The notes beneath the pieces were generated by a model that did no database searches, was not told the origin of the DNA, and saw only the letters and a list, made by a program, of their open reading frames with translations. The position numbers and the translations under genes are program-made. Shown one piece after another: positions 25,679 to 34,190 of a stretch of DNA of 34,190 bases (position 1 is the stretch's first letter; every line of letters starts with the position of its first letter). The stretch comes from a virus (Duplodnaviria; Caudoviricetes). Location of the stretch: the IMG/VR virus record IMGVR_UViG_3300011337_000727, positions 1 to 34,190 of that record. One strand, given 5' to 3'.

Positions 25679-25956
25679 AGCGAGAAAATATCGGCAAGGC
25701 ATTAGCCATCCAAATCAAATTGCAGAAACTGGAACAGTGGATTTCAGCTTTTGAAAATCCAGATAGACTAGAAATTTTAATCCGTGATCCATATGGACCG
25801 CCTGGCGATCGATTATTAACTATAAAAAAGGATGTCGATTATTCGTCCGTAACTGAAATACCATCTAGTGTAACAAGCGATTTTTTTTTAGTTTGGGTTG
25901 ATTCATATTTAAACAAGGAAAGAGATTTTTTGCTTGATAAAATGGAACAATTATGA
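25675..25956 (+). CDS. Hypothetical protein
   Basis: ATGA overlaps on both sides. Confidence 0.65.
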   Translation: MKRENIGKALAIQIKLQKLEQWISAFENPDRLEILIRDPYGPPGDRLLTIKKDVDYSSVTEIPSSVTSDFFLVWVDSYLNKERDFLLDKMEQL

Positions 25957-26255
25957 GAAAGCTTTCGGAACTTGATTTGAAATTGGTAGAACGAGAAACC
26001 AGAGTTTTTCGGTATCACAAGCGAATTGTTTATGTTTATTATCGGCAGTCCGTTGCGCCGTTTAAAAAGTACGATAAAATGAAATTTTGGGCATACACCC
26101 ACATGGAAGAAATAGAAACCCGGCACCGGTTGAAAGAAATGGGCTGGAATTGTTTTTGCCGCCATTGGAGATCGCCAAAGAAATCGCCGCCTGATAATCA
26201 CATCGAAGTGAGGGAAGGATTAATCCGGCCACCGGTCAAGAATTGTTTTTTGTGA
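25953..26255 (+). CDS. Hypothetical basic protein
   Basis: ATGA overlap; ends before a terminator. Confidence 0.6.
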   Translation: MRKLSELDLKLVERETRVFRYHKRIVYVYYRQSVAPFKKYDKMKFWAYTHMEEIETRHRLKEMGWNCFCRHWRSPKKSPPDNHIEVREGLIRPPVKNCFL

Positions 26256-26274
26256 AAGATTAGAATGAGAATTG

Positions 26275-26305
26275 AAAAACCGCTGGGTATCCTGGCGGTT
26301 TTTTT
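26275..26305 (+). terminator. Intrinsic terminator ending the replication operon
   Basis: AAAAACCGCTGGG-TAT-CCTGGCGGTTTTTTT. Confidence 0.8.
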
Positions 26306-26349
26306 AGCTTTGCAGCATATCGCTTCTGTTTATTTTATAAGTCAAAGGG

Positions 26350-26373
26350 ACCGGCATATTTGCCGGTTTTTTT
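26350..26373 (+). terminator. Terminator-like hairpin
   Basis: ACCGGCA-TATT-TGCCGGT followed by a T tract. Confidence 0.6.
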
Positions 26374-26474
26374 GCATTTTTGAAACAATAAGGCTGACCA
26401 CATCAAATGGTGCATTGGGTTGGCTTTCGATACCCGACCGCCCAGAAGCGAGGGTTTACCTGGACGCAGGTTTC

Positions 26475-26498
26475 TCCGGCAGTAATGCCGGATTTTTT
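26475..26498 (+). terminator. Terminator-like hairpin
   Basis: TCCGGCA-GTAA-TGCCGGA followed by T6. Confidence 0.6.
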
Positions 26499-26652
26499 AT
26501 TTCAGATGGCTACAATTTGAAGCCGACTTAAATTCTGAAATATTGGAATAGTTCAATTTTCAACCATCTGGAAATTCCGGATAATTGGGACAAACCATAT
26601 CGGTAACATCAACAAAATGGTGACTTAAAAGCCTGATTACTGGCAAAAAGCC

Positions 26653-26777
26653 GTTCCAACCAAAGGTGCAAATAAATGCATAAAGTTGGAAAAGTTGGAA
26701 CACCCGTTCCAACCGTTATTTTGTTGAAACTCTTTGCGTTTGGTGGCACTGCTAAGAAAAGTTGGAACGGTTGGAAC
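26653..26777. repeat. GTTCCAAC(C) iteron-like cluster 2
   Basis: Forward copies at 26653 and 26706; inverted GTTGGAA(C) at 26685, 26694, 26761 and 26770. Confidence 0.8.
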
Positions 26778-26956
26778 AAAAACAGGGCATCGAGGGTGAG
26801 CGATGTTGAAAACCAGTTTTTGCAGTTTCCATTTTTACAATAAATTTGTCCAATAAAGACACATATAAAAGGACTTATAAATTATTGTATTTCAGTATAT
26901 TTATGTCCTGTTATGTCCTTGTTTTCTTTAAGCATTTACAAATAAAAATAAACACT

Positions 26957-27436
26957 ATGAAGCTTCACAAATTGCCTTGCAAACCTTATGTCCGCAAGTA
27001 TGTGGCACCAGACCTTTCCAACCACGGCGTTCTGAAAATTAAGAACCGCATAGTTAGAACAATTCGGGATAAAAACGCAGTGACAAAATACTTTGAAAAA
27101 TCCAATGATGCGACCAGCTTCATTATGGTGGAAATGAATTGTTCATCGCTCTACACGCTTTATGCGCTCCATTCTACACTAGCCAGAGAATTCAGGGACA
27201 AGTTATTCAGCGTAATGGCTTACGCCGTTTTTAAAAGCATTCCGGCGAGAGAGGCCGCCAGGGATTTTTTATCGATGTATGGAATCACTCCAGATGAATA
27301 TGATTTGGATTCGGCATATCGCACCTGGCAGAGGCGCAAGGATCGGTATCTGAACCCCACCAGAGTCCGCAACGAAGAACAATCGCTGCCGGTAAATTTG
27401 AATTCGATCCAATTAAGACTGTATGAACTTGAATGA
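26957..27436 (+). CDS. Hypothetical protein, candidate late-gene regulator
   Basis: Likely start MKLHKLPCKPYVRKY; C-terminal helical AARDFL..YGI..DSAYRTWQR; sits between origin-like repeats and head genes. Confidence 0.55.
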   Translation: MKLHKLPCKPYVRKYVAPDLSNHGVLKIKNRIVRTIRDKNAVTKYFEKSNDATSFIMVEMNCSSLYTLYALHSTLAREFRDKLFSVMAYAVFKSIPAREAARDFLSMYGITPDEYDLDSAYRTWQRRKDRYLNPTRVRNEEQSLPVNLNSIQLRLYELE

Positions 27437-27908
27437 TTTAATTGATGGCGCAACAAATATTTCTACCTGTGAAGTTGAGATTTCTGGCATTGATGCGCTT
27501 TACCTAGTACCGGCTGACATGAGCCAGATTTTTGTTTATGAACCTGAAATTATCACGGACATCGTGACCAGCGAAACGGCAGTCAAGATTGATTTTGATT
27601 TTCAGTCGTGTAATTTTAAAAGCCGGATGCGTCAATCTGATGCTGGAATCAATTACGATAATTCAATTTCGTTTCGATATTCAAAGGATGTTACTGAATG
27701 GCTTTTCCAAAATAAGGAGAAGCCATTTTTCTTGGTTTTTCTTAAAGGGGCGCAGTGGTATGTGAGTGGATCGAATGCTTTACCTTATTATTTTAATTAT
27801 GAATATCTGACTGGTAAATCAGCCGGAGAAATTCAGGGATATGATATTGAATTGATTTCAAGCCAACTGCAATCAGTTATTAAATACGAAGCACCATTTG
27901 TTCCATAA
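27423..27908 (+). CDS. Tail-tube-like structural protein
   Basis: Motif order parallels 30359..30907 (GI..L, DF, Y...I, ..G). Confidence 0.45.
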   Translation: MNLNDLIDGATNISTCEVEISGIDALYLVPADMSQIFVYEPEIITDIVTSETAVKIDFDFQSCNFKSRMRQSDAGINYDNSISFRYSKDVTEWLFQNKEKPFFLVFLKGAQWYVSGSNALPYYFNYEYLTGKSAGEIQGYDIELISSQLQSVIKYEAPFVP

Positions 27909-27929
27909 TAGCATTAATTGAGTCGGTAA

Positions 27930-27965
27930 GTCCTAATTAAATCTGTAAGGATTGGAGGAAATTTG
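27930..27965 (+). promoter_or_regulatory. Putative late promoter (GTCCTAA-N21-GAAATTTG)
   Basis: Recurrent motif; ATG follows at 27970. Confidence 0.65.
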
Positions 27966-27969
27966 TAAA

Positions 27970-29355
27970 ATGAATAATCGCCTTATCCGAGTTAATTCAC
28001 AGGGCTGGGCAACCAGGTCAATTGCTGCAATGCACACCGGCATGAATGTCGATGCAGAAAAGGGAATCCTTTTTGATGTGGTATTGTGCCAGGCGATGCA
28101 GCCTAGGGGACAGGCTGGCGAATCATATATCGAAACAATTGATGAAGCTTTTCCGGTAACGATTAAAACACCGGTTGAATTCATTTCCCGATTGGTAAAC
28201 ATTGCCGAAAACAGGCACGGAGAAAATGGACACCAAGTCCGTTTTGGGCATCCGGGAATGTGCGATCAAGTTCTGGGCAGTTATGCTGGAAGAGCGAAGA
28301 ACATCCGCCAGCGTGGTAATCAAGTAATCGCCGACATCCATCTTTCCGCAGCTGCCGAAAATGCACCGGGAAAGGGAAATCTTCGCCAGTATATTTTAGA
28401 TTTGGCAAAGGAGGATTCTGAAGCCATCATGATGTCAATCGTTTTCACTCCTGGTGATCATTACTTTTTTAATGCTGATGGCAGCCGTGAGGTCTGGACT
28501 GGGGAAGACAATCAGGTGAAATTTATGGCTGATTTGGCTGATGTGGATCGGGTGCTTTACGAAACCGTAATGGACTGGCATTTCACAGATTTTGTTGATC
28601 AGGGAGCCAACACCACCGATTTATTCAGGGATAATCGGGGAAATGAATTATTGAGTGCAAAAGCATTTGATTTTCTCGATTCCAATCCGCAAGTCTGGGA
28701 TATTCTATCCAACCAGCCGGAAATTGTTGAACAGTTTGTTTCTAAATACGAAAATTATAGAAATCTAAAAATGATGAAATCAGAAAAAAAGGCTGGCAAT
28801 CTGCTCCAGCGCGCAAAGGCGGCATTGGAAGCCGTTTTCATCGCACAAAAAAGCATTGAAACCACTACCATGGATGGCGTGGCAATTACAATTGAAACTG
28901 ATGCCGATTTTCCGGCAGTTGGCAATGTTGTTTTTATCGCCGGTTCTACCGAAACCGCTCCAGCTGGAGATCACCAATTAACCGGGGATTTGGCTGGCTA
29001 CATAATTACACTTGATGAAGCTGGGGTGATAACTTCAGTTGTTGAGCCAGTAATCGTTGAAGGCGAACCAATGATGGAAGATGTGGTTGTTGTTTCTAAT
29101 TCTGCCGAGTTGGAAGAAACCAACCGTGCGATTGATTCAGTTTTTAATGTGGTAGAAAAGCAACAAGACTTGATTGATAAATTGACCGAAAGCGTAAGGT
29201 CGCTTTCTGATGAAATCAATTCACTTCGTAATGCTCCGCTTGCAGCTAGGGTTTTCGCATCACCGGATGTAAATGTTTCAAATCTTCGTGGAAACGATGA
29301 TTCGCTTTCTCCATGGGAGGCTGAGCGCCGCAGAATCATGGCATCAAAAAAATAA
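27970..29355 (+). CDS. Prohead protease/scaffold protein
   Basis: Directly upstream of the capsid gene; RFGHP, MSIVF, DFVDQGA motifs; acidic coiled-coil C-terminus. Confidence 0.65.
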   Translation: MNNRLIRVNSQGWATRSIAAMHTGMNVDAEKGILFDVVLCQAMQPRGQAGESYIETIDEAFPVTIKTPVEFISRLVNIAENRHGENGHQVRFGHPGMCDQVLGSYAGRAKNIRQRGNQVIADIHLSAAAENAPGKGNLRQYILDLAKEDSEAIMMSIVFTPGDHYFFNADGSREVWTGEDNQVKFMADLADVDRVLYETVMDWHFTDFVDQGANTTDLFRDNRGNELLSAKAFDFLDSNPQVWDILSNQPEIVEQFVSKYENYRNLKMMKSEKKAGNLLQRAKAALEAVFIAQKSIETTTMDGVAITIETDADFPAVGNVVFIAGSTETAPAGDHQLTGDLAGYIITLDEAGVITSVVEPVIVEGEPMMEDVVVVSNSAELEETNRAIDSVFNVVEKQQDLIDKLTESVRSLSDEINSLRNAPLAARVFASPDVNVSNLRGNDDSLSPWEAERRRIMASKK

Positions 29356-29386
29356 GTTTTCAAAATTTTAAACCATAAAATAAAAA

Positions 29387-30337
29387 ATGGCATCAGTTAA
29401 CATTTCCGCATTAAACACCGCACTTGGCGCATACGCTCGCCAAGAGAAGGTGGACATCTTCAACAAGATTCTTCGTGAATCTACCGCCCAGTATTTCACA
29501 ACATTTACTGGATCAATTGACCAACTTCCGTTGGCAAAACTCAACACTGGAAGCATCCTTAAACCTTACGCAGCCGGTGGTGGATTTACTGCCACAGATG
29601 ATGCATTGGTTTTCGGCGCAAGAATTTTGAACGCTCGCAGAATTTCTGCCGATGTTGAAATTGTTCCGCTTGATCTTTACAATTCATGGTTGGGTCAATT
29701 GGCTGGCGCACCACCATCATCTCCATTCGATATTCCATTTGAGCAATTCATCATGGAGGCTATCGCCAAGCAAGCCCAGGACGATCTTGAAGGAGCAGTT
29801 TGGAACGGAACTTATAACGGTTCTGGCACTACTTCCGCAGCTACTATGGATGGCGTTTTGAAATTGGTTAAAGCAGCCGTGACTTCTGGCGAAATTCCAG
29901 CTGGAAATGTTACTGCATTTACTGCAATTACTTCTTCAAACGCTTTGGATGAGGTTCGTAAGGTAAGAAACAAGATTGCTGGTCAGTACCGTAACAAGCC
30001 GATGTACTGCTTTCTCTCTGTTGCCAATTTTGACAACTACATGGACGATTACCAGACTTCAGTTGGTTCAGTTGTTTACAACCGTGATTACACTCAGGTG
30101 TTAATTGAAGGAACACAAACCCAACTTGTGGCAATCCCTGGAATGTCTGGAACTGATTCAAATCGTATCCTTATCACTCCCAAAGATAACTTGGTTTTCG
30201 GATACGACATCGAAGGTGCTGCGTCAAACATCCTTACCCAAGAGTTCAACAGAACTATTAAAGTAATGATGGATTTCCGTGCCGGTGTAAACTTCCGTGA
30301 TGGCGGTGTGATCTGGTGCAACGGTAACGAGGCTTAA
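29387..30337 (+). CDS. Major capsid protein
   Basis: 316 aa; strongly biased codon usage; MDGVLK, RILITPKDNLVFG, DFRAGVNF motifs. Confidence 0.85.
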   Translation: MASVNISALNTALGAYARQEKVDIFNKILRESTAQYFTTFTGSIDQLPLAKLNTGSILKPYAAGGGFTATDDALVFGARILNARRISADVEIVPLDLYNSWLGQLAGAPPSSPFDIPFEQFIMEAIAKQAQDDLEGAVWNGTYNGSGTTSAATMDGVLKLVKAAVTSGEIPAGNVTAFTAITSSNALDEVRKVRNKIAGQYRNKPMYCFLSVANFDNYMDDYQTSVGSVVYNRDYTQVLIEGTQTQLVAIPGMSGTDSNRILITPKDNLVFGYDIEGAASNILTQEFNRTIKVMMDFRAGVNFRDGGVIWCNGNEA

Positions 30338-30358
30338 ACACTAAACCATTAACAGGAT

Positions 30359-30907
30359 ATGTGTGTAACTCTAATTGATATGTCCGCCAGCTGCGAGAGC
30401 GCAGCTGGTGGTATTGCCCGACTTTTCGGCATTCAGGCTGAAGATGTGGTGAGCATTGCCAATGTTGATCCTACAACAAAAAAGGTTCCTCAAAATGGTT
30501 TAGTTTATACCGTGACCGGAGTGATGCACGAATTTGATTTCGTTAAAAACTCCGAGGGTGGTAAGGCTGGAATCGATGAAAACGACATCGGAACTCCTCA
30601 GTCGCCGGCTTACGAAACAATCGTGACAATGGCGGTAAAAGGGAACTCTGCCATTAATCGTGCTTACCTGAATGCAGTACGCCAGGGCTTCCGTGGTGTG
30701 TTGGGTGCAGTAATGAATTCCGGACAAATATTTTTGATTGGAACTCCAAGCACTCCATCGATTCTTCGGAAATACAACCGGAAATTCGGAAACGATCTTG
30801 AGGTGGCCAATGTGCAGGAACTTGAATTTTATTTCAAGTCTGCCACTGGAATGGTTGAATACGCTGGAACTGTCGCCGATTTGACGACAGTTGGATTGAA
30901 CGATTAA
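30359..30907 (+). CDS. Major tail (tube) protein
   Basis: 182 aa after the capsid; CESAAGGIARL N-terminus; followed by a strong terminator. Confidence 0.65.
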   Translation: MCVTLIDMSASCESAAGGIARLFGIQAEDVVSIANVDPTTKKVPQNGLVYTVTGVMHEFDFVKNSEGGKAGIDENDIGTPQSPAYETIVTMAVKGNSAINRAYLNAVRQGFRGVLGAVMNSGQIFLIGTPSTPSILRKYNRKFGNDLEVANVQELEFYFKSATGMVEYAGTVADLTTVGLND

Positions 30908-30926
30908 GAATCGAATAATCAGTCTT

Positions 30927-30956
30927 AAAAGGGGAGCAGAAATGCTCCCTTTTTTT
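30927..30956 (+). terminator. Intrinsic terminator
   Basis: AAAAGGGGAGCA-GAAA-TGCTCCCTTTTTTT. Confidence 0.85.
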
Positions 30957-30961
30957 GTTTT

Positions 30962-31696
30962 ATGAATATTGATGAACAGATTAAAGACTGGATTAATTCA
31001 ATCGAAAAAGATTTTTATTCAGGTCTTTCGCTTTTGCAGAAGGTTTGCCGCAATAGGGTTTTGGTAATGAACCTGGGTAAAAAAGAAACGCCAAATAATC
31101 TTGAAAAGATTCATTACGAACTAGGGAAATATTTAAATATCGATTACAAGCCGATAATTGTTCCAGAAGTAATTGAAGTTAAAACGGAAAAACCAATTGC
31201 CACAAAGCCGATTGAGGAAAGCGACTATGACATCAAATCACTACCTGATCCGGTTCAAAAATTATTTATCCAGAAGCGTGGATTTTATCTGGAGCGAAAC
31301 AAATTGAGCCAGCAAGTTCAGGATGAAACCAAGGGCCAAACAGTTATTCCAAAATCGGTCCAGAAACTTGTTGTTTCAATTCTGGAACTGGATGAAATGA
31401 TTAAGGCGGTTGACTCTAAAGTCGAATATTACTGGCGATATGGCGCATTGCCGGTTGATGATAAAACACCAGTGGATGACCAGCAGAAAAAAATTACCCT
31501 GGAGGACATCCGGAAGAAAATAAAGAATCAAAACACCTATGTGACCAAAGCACGGCAGCGGTTTGAAAAGAACCCAGAGAATCTGCGTTATGCGGAGGAA
31601 TTGCAAAAAAAGCTTTACGAGCTGAAGGAATTACACTACCAGCGTGATGCACTTTCAATTTCGACACCAGCTGACAAACTACCTGATCCGGCATAA
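30962..31696 (+). CDS. Hypothetical coiled-coil phage protein
   Basis: 244-aa ORF between the head and packaging genes. Confidence 0.75.
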   Translation: MNIDEQIKDWINSIEKDFYSGLSLLQKVCRNRVLVMNLGKKETPNNLEKIHYELGKYLNIDYKPIIVPEVIEVKTEKPIATKPIEESDYDIKSLPDPVQKLFIQKRGFYLERNKLSQQVQDETKGQTVIPKSVQKLVVSILELDEMIKAVDSKVEYYWRYGALPVDDKTPVDDQQKKITLEDIRKKIKNQNTYVTKARQRFEKNPENLRYAEELQKKLYELKELHYQRDALSISTPADKLPDPA

Positions 31697-32030
31697 CTTC
31701 GAAGAACTGGATTTGTATTTCGCCAGCCATCCGGCGGAGATGTATGAATTTCTCAGGGTTGGAATTATTTGCGGAATTGAGAAATCGGAGTCGATTTTTT
31801 ACGAAAAAATTGTTGGATATGATAAAAAACGAAAGCGAGCATTTATCTGCGTGAATATGCTGATGCTGGATAATGAAAACCATCTGCATCGGATTATTCG
31901 GGAAGGAATTCAGGAAGCCGATACAATTGTGACCATCAGTCGGGAAGATTCAGTTACGGAATCTTTTGTGCTGGCATCGCAGTATTGCGAGAAAATAGGA
32001 ATCAAGGTTGCATTTGGCAACCAGTCGTAA
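31644..32030 (+). CDS. Hypothetical alpha/beta protein
   Basis: 128 aa; IQEADTIVT..GIKV pattern loosely resembles deoxyribosyltransferase-like folds. Confidence 0.5.
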   Translation: MMHFQFRHQLTNYLIRHNFEELDLYFASHPAEMYEFLRVGIICGIEKSESIFYEKIVGYDKKRKRAFICVNMLMLDNENHLHRIIREGIQEADTIVTISREDSVTESFVLASQYCEKIGIKVAFGNQS

Positions 32031-32058
32031 AATTGAAAGATTGAATCAATTAGATTTA
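32024..32058 (+). promoter_or_regulatory. Putative late promoter variant (GTCGTAA-N20-TAGATTTA)
   Basis: Same spacing as the other three copies; ATG follows at 32063. Confidence 0.55.
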
Positions 32059-32062
32059 CTGA

Positions 32063-32623
32063 ATGGAAGGGGATAAAATCGACAGATACCGTGCAATTGT
32101 TTTAGGCAAACGAGCCGGAACGGAAAAGCAAAAAGAAAGCGTGGCCAGATTTCGCCATGCGTTTACTATGCTTTGCGAAGGTTTCACGCCTATGCAAACT
32201 GCAAAAGATTTGATCACCACATTTGAAGTTGGGGAAACCATGGCTTTGCGAATTGTTCGTGATTCGGTGGCCGTTTTTGGCGATGCAAATCGATTTTCAA
32301 AGCGTGGAATGAAAATGGCCAATTACGAACGGTTGATGAAGCTGGCCCAGAGATGCGAGGAGCGAGGCGAATTTTCAACCGCCAGACTATTGATTAAAGA
32401 TGCCAACGAATTGTTAGGATTGACCAATGATGATGAAGAGCATTTGGAGAATCCAAGCGAGTGGATGCGTCCGGATGGATTTATCATCATGACAGATCCA
32501 AAGGCGCTCGAAAACGCCCACAAAATAATTGAGTTTGAAACCCAGGATGCGGAGGTGATTGATGAAGAAAAAGGAACAATACCAGATAATTTACCTGACT
32601 CCGAAACAAGCGGAGTTTCTTAA
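32063..32623 (+). CDS. Putative terminase small subunit
   Basis: Helical HTH-like protein immediately upstream of and overlapping terL. Confidence 0.65.
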   Translation: MEGDKIDRYRAIVLGKRAGTEKQKESVARFRHAFTMLCEGFTPMQTAKDLITTFEVGETMALRIVRDSVAVFGDANRFSKRGMKMANYERLMKLAQRCEERGEFSTARLLIKDANELLGLTNDDEEHLENPSEWMRPDGFIIMTDPKALENAHKIIEFETQDAEVIDEEKGTIPDNLPDSETSGVS

Positions 32624-34097
32624 TGCCAGGCAGAAACGAAAAGCATTAATTGCCGGGCGGGGATTCGGGAAAACCCATGTGATGGGGCACCATGTTTTCC
32701 GCTTGTTTCGAAATCTTCCAACCGGAAAATCACTTGCGGTTTCCTCAACTTATTACCAGCTTCTGACAAAGACTTGTCCGGAAATGGAATCTGCATGGAA
32801 GGAGTACGGCATTACCGAATGGGATGATCGGAAAAAGACTGGGCAATGGATTTTTGGTCGAAGGCCACCGGCACACTGGGCGAAGCCGTATAAAATGCCA
32901 AAGAACCCGGAATACTGTTATTTCTTCATTAATGGCCATGTAATTGAACTGGGTAGTCTGGAAGTAAAAGATCGTTTCCGTGGTGGTTCTTATGATGCGC
33001 TTTGTGGTGATGAATCCGCACTTTTTAAGGAGGATGTCTGGAATAAAATATTTGTGACATCAGTCAGAGGTCGGACAATTGGCCCAGGATCATACGACCC
33101 AAGAATTCACTATATGCACCAGTCTATTTGCCATTTCACATCGGCTCCTTGGTCACCGGAGGGCCAATGGGTTTTTAAATGGGAAAAGCTGGCAGAGCAG
33201 ATGCCAGACAAATACTTTTTCATGTCTGGCAAAACCACGGACAACATCGCCATCCTGGGCGAAGATTACATCGATAATCTGAAGAATAGTTTATCGCCGC
33301 TGGAATATTACATCGAGGTTTTGAATGGGCGATTAGATCGCCAGCCCGGTGGCGGATACTATCCAAGCTTTAGTGAGGAAAAACATTCGACCATTATCAC
33401 TTACGATTACGACTGGGATTCTGGTGGAAGGATGACTATCAAAAGGGATTCATTCATTCACCGTGATAAGCCGCTTTTATTATCGCTGGATTTCAACATT
33501 ACATTCACTTGCATGATTGTTTGCCAGCAAATCAATCAAACACAGTTTCAGGAATTCCGTGTTTGCGATAATCTGTTTTCCAAACCTGATCCTTTAAATG
33601 ATAAGGATGGCGAATTACTGATTGACACCTTAATCGACCAGTTCTGCCAGAAGTATTCACACCATCCAATCAAGTATGTGGAATTATACGGCGATGCATC
33701 CGGTAACAACCGAAGACTGGGTGCGCCGCCACTATTCGAACAGGCAGTGGCACGATTAAAGCACAATGGATGGCAGGGGAACATTAAAGCATCAAGTAAG
33801 CTGCCAGGGCATGAGATGCGCCACATATTAATCAACAACATATTGCGCCGAAACGAAATTCGGTTTCCAGTGGTAATGATTAACGCCAACAACTGCCGGG
33901 CATTAATCATGTCGGTGATGAATGCGCCAATCAAAAACGATTACACTAAGGACAAGCGCAGCGAAGCCCAGAACATCCAGCAAGAGTTTGCCACACACCT
34001 GAGCGATACATTCGATTACATCCTTGTGAGTCTATATGCCAGGATCATGGCGAGCGGCAACGACTCCATCTGGTCCAGCATTGTAATCGGGAGATAA
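32559..34097 (+). CDS. terL: Terminase large subunit
   Basis: TPKQ motif; Walker A AGRGFGKT; Walker B ALCGDES; RNase H-like LSLDFN, YGDASG, HLSDTFDY. Confidence 0.95.
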   Translation: MMKKKEQYQIIYLTPKQAEFLNARQKRKALIAGRGFGKTHVMGHHVFRLFRNLPTGKSLAVSSTYYQLLTKTCPEMESAWKEYGITEWDDRKKTGQWIFGRRPPAHWAKPYKMPKNPEYCYFFINGHVIELGSLEVKDRFRGGSYDALCGDESALFKEDVWNKIFVTSVRGRTIGPGSYDPRIHYMHQSICHFTSAPWSPEGQWVFKWEKLAEQMPDKYFFMSGKTTDNIAILGEDYIDNLKNSLSPLEYYIEVLNGRLDRQPGGGYYPSFSEEKHSTIITYDYDWDSGGRMTIKRDSFIHRDKPLLLSLDFNITFTCMIVCQQINQTQFQEFRVCDNLFSKPDPLNDKDGELLIDTLIDQFCQKYSHHPIKYVELYGDASGNNRRLGAPPLFEQAVARLKHNGWQGNIKASSKLPGHEMRHILINNILRRNEIRFPVVMINANNCRALIMSVMNAPIKNDYTKDKRSEAQNIQQEFATHLSDTFDYILVSLYARIMASGNDSIWSSIVIGR

Positions 34098-34190
34098 TTG
34101 TTTTTGAAACCGTGAACATCAGTCACGGATTGCCATTTGCAAGTTTTCATATAAGCAGAGAAACGAAATAGGGATTGCCGGTTGTTAAAG

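Larger units (their letters stand above)
1..34190 (+). mobile_element. Tailed bacteriophage genome (siphovirus-like, probable Bacteroidota host), probably complete and circularly permuted
   Basis: Terminase, portal, capsid, tail, tape measure, lysis and replication genes are all present. The window ends just after terL and begins just before the portal module, the usual adjacency. No host genes and no tail sheath seen. Confidence 0.9.

Noticed and set aside
26382-26445. tRNA gene (TTCGATAC resembles a T-loop)
   Set aside because: I could not build an acceptor stem, D arm or anticodon arm.
26265-26531. ORF 26265..26531
   Set aside because: It crosses three terminator-like hairpins; likely spurious.
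1270-33934. All minus-strand ORFs and nested alternative-frame ORFs in the track
   Set aside because: They almost all overlap longer, motif-bearing or translationally coupled + strand genes and show no recognisable motifs.

Overview
The window looks like a complete or near-complete, circularly permuted ~34 kb tailed-phage genome with a siphovirus-type gene set. The host is most likely Bacteroidota, judged from TTTG-N19-TAnnTTTG promoters, AT-rich non-Shine-Dalgarno start regions and a BT4734/VirE-type primase. All credible genes are on the + strand. Order: portal/adaptor/lysis/tail (0.45-13.2 kb), early accessory genes (13.3-17.9 kb), neck + tape measure (18.0-21.0 kb), primase-helicase and small genes (21.1-26.3 kb), head/tail-tube/terminase (27.0-34.1 kb). 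I recognise no integrase or other recombinase. The main finding is an integron-like array of four gene cassettes (15477-17316). Four attC-like hairpins (..TAAC-stem-loop-stem-GTTA..) separate the genes, and each gene is bracketed by its own co-varying inverted ends. Several lines of evidence put the attC polarity on the minus strand. That would make every ORF inverted relative to a canonical cassette, with translation starting inside the attC loop. Excising the array rejoins an interrupted phage gene at GGATAA|CTATCC. One cassette encodes a SpoT/Mesh1-like HD hydrolase. Other signals: a phage-specific late-promoter motif (GTCSTAA-N20/21-nAnnTTYR) before four structural operons, two distant GTTCCAACC repeat clusters (possible bipartite origin), a promoter framed by a 16-bp inverted repeat, and a triplicated tail-fibre domain. 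All product calls come from motif recognition and gene context; no database searches were run.
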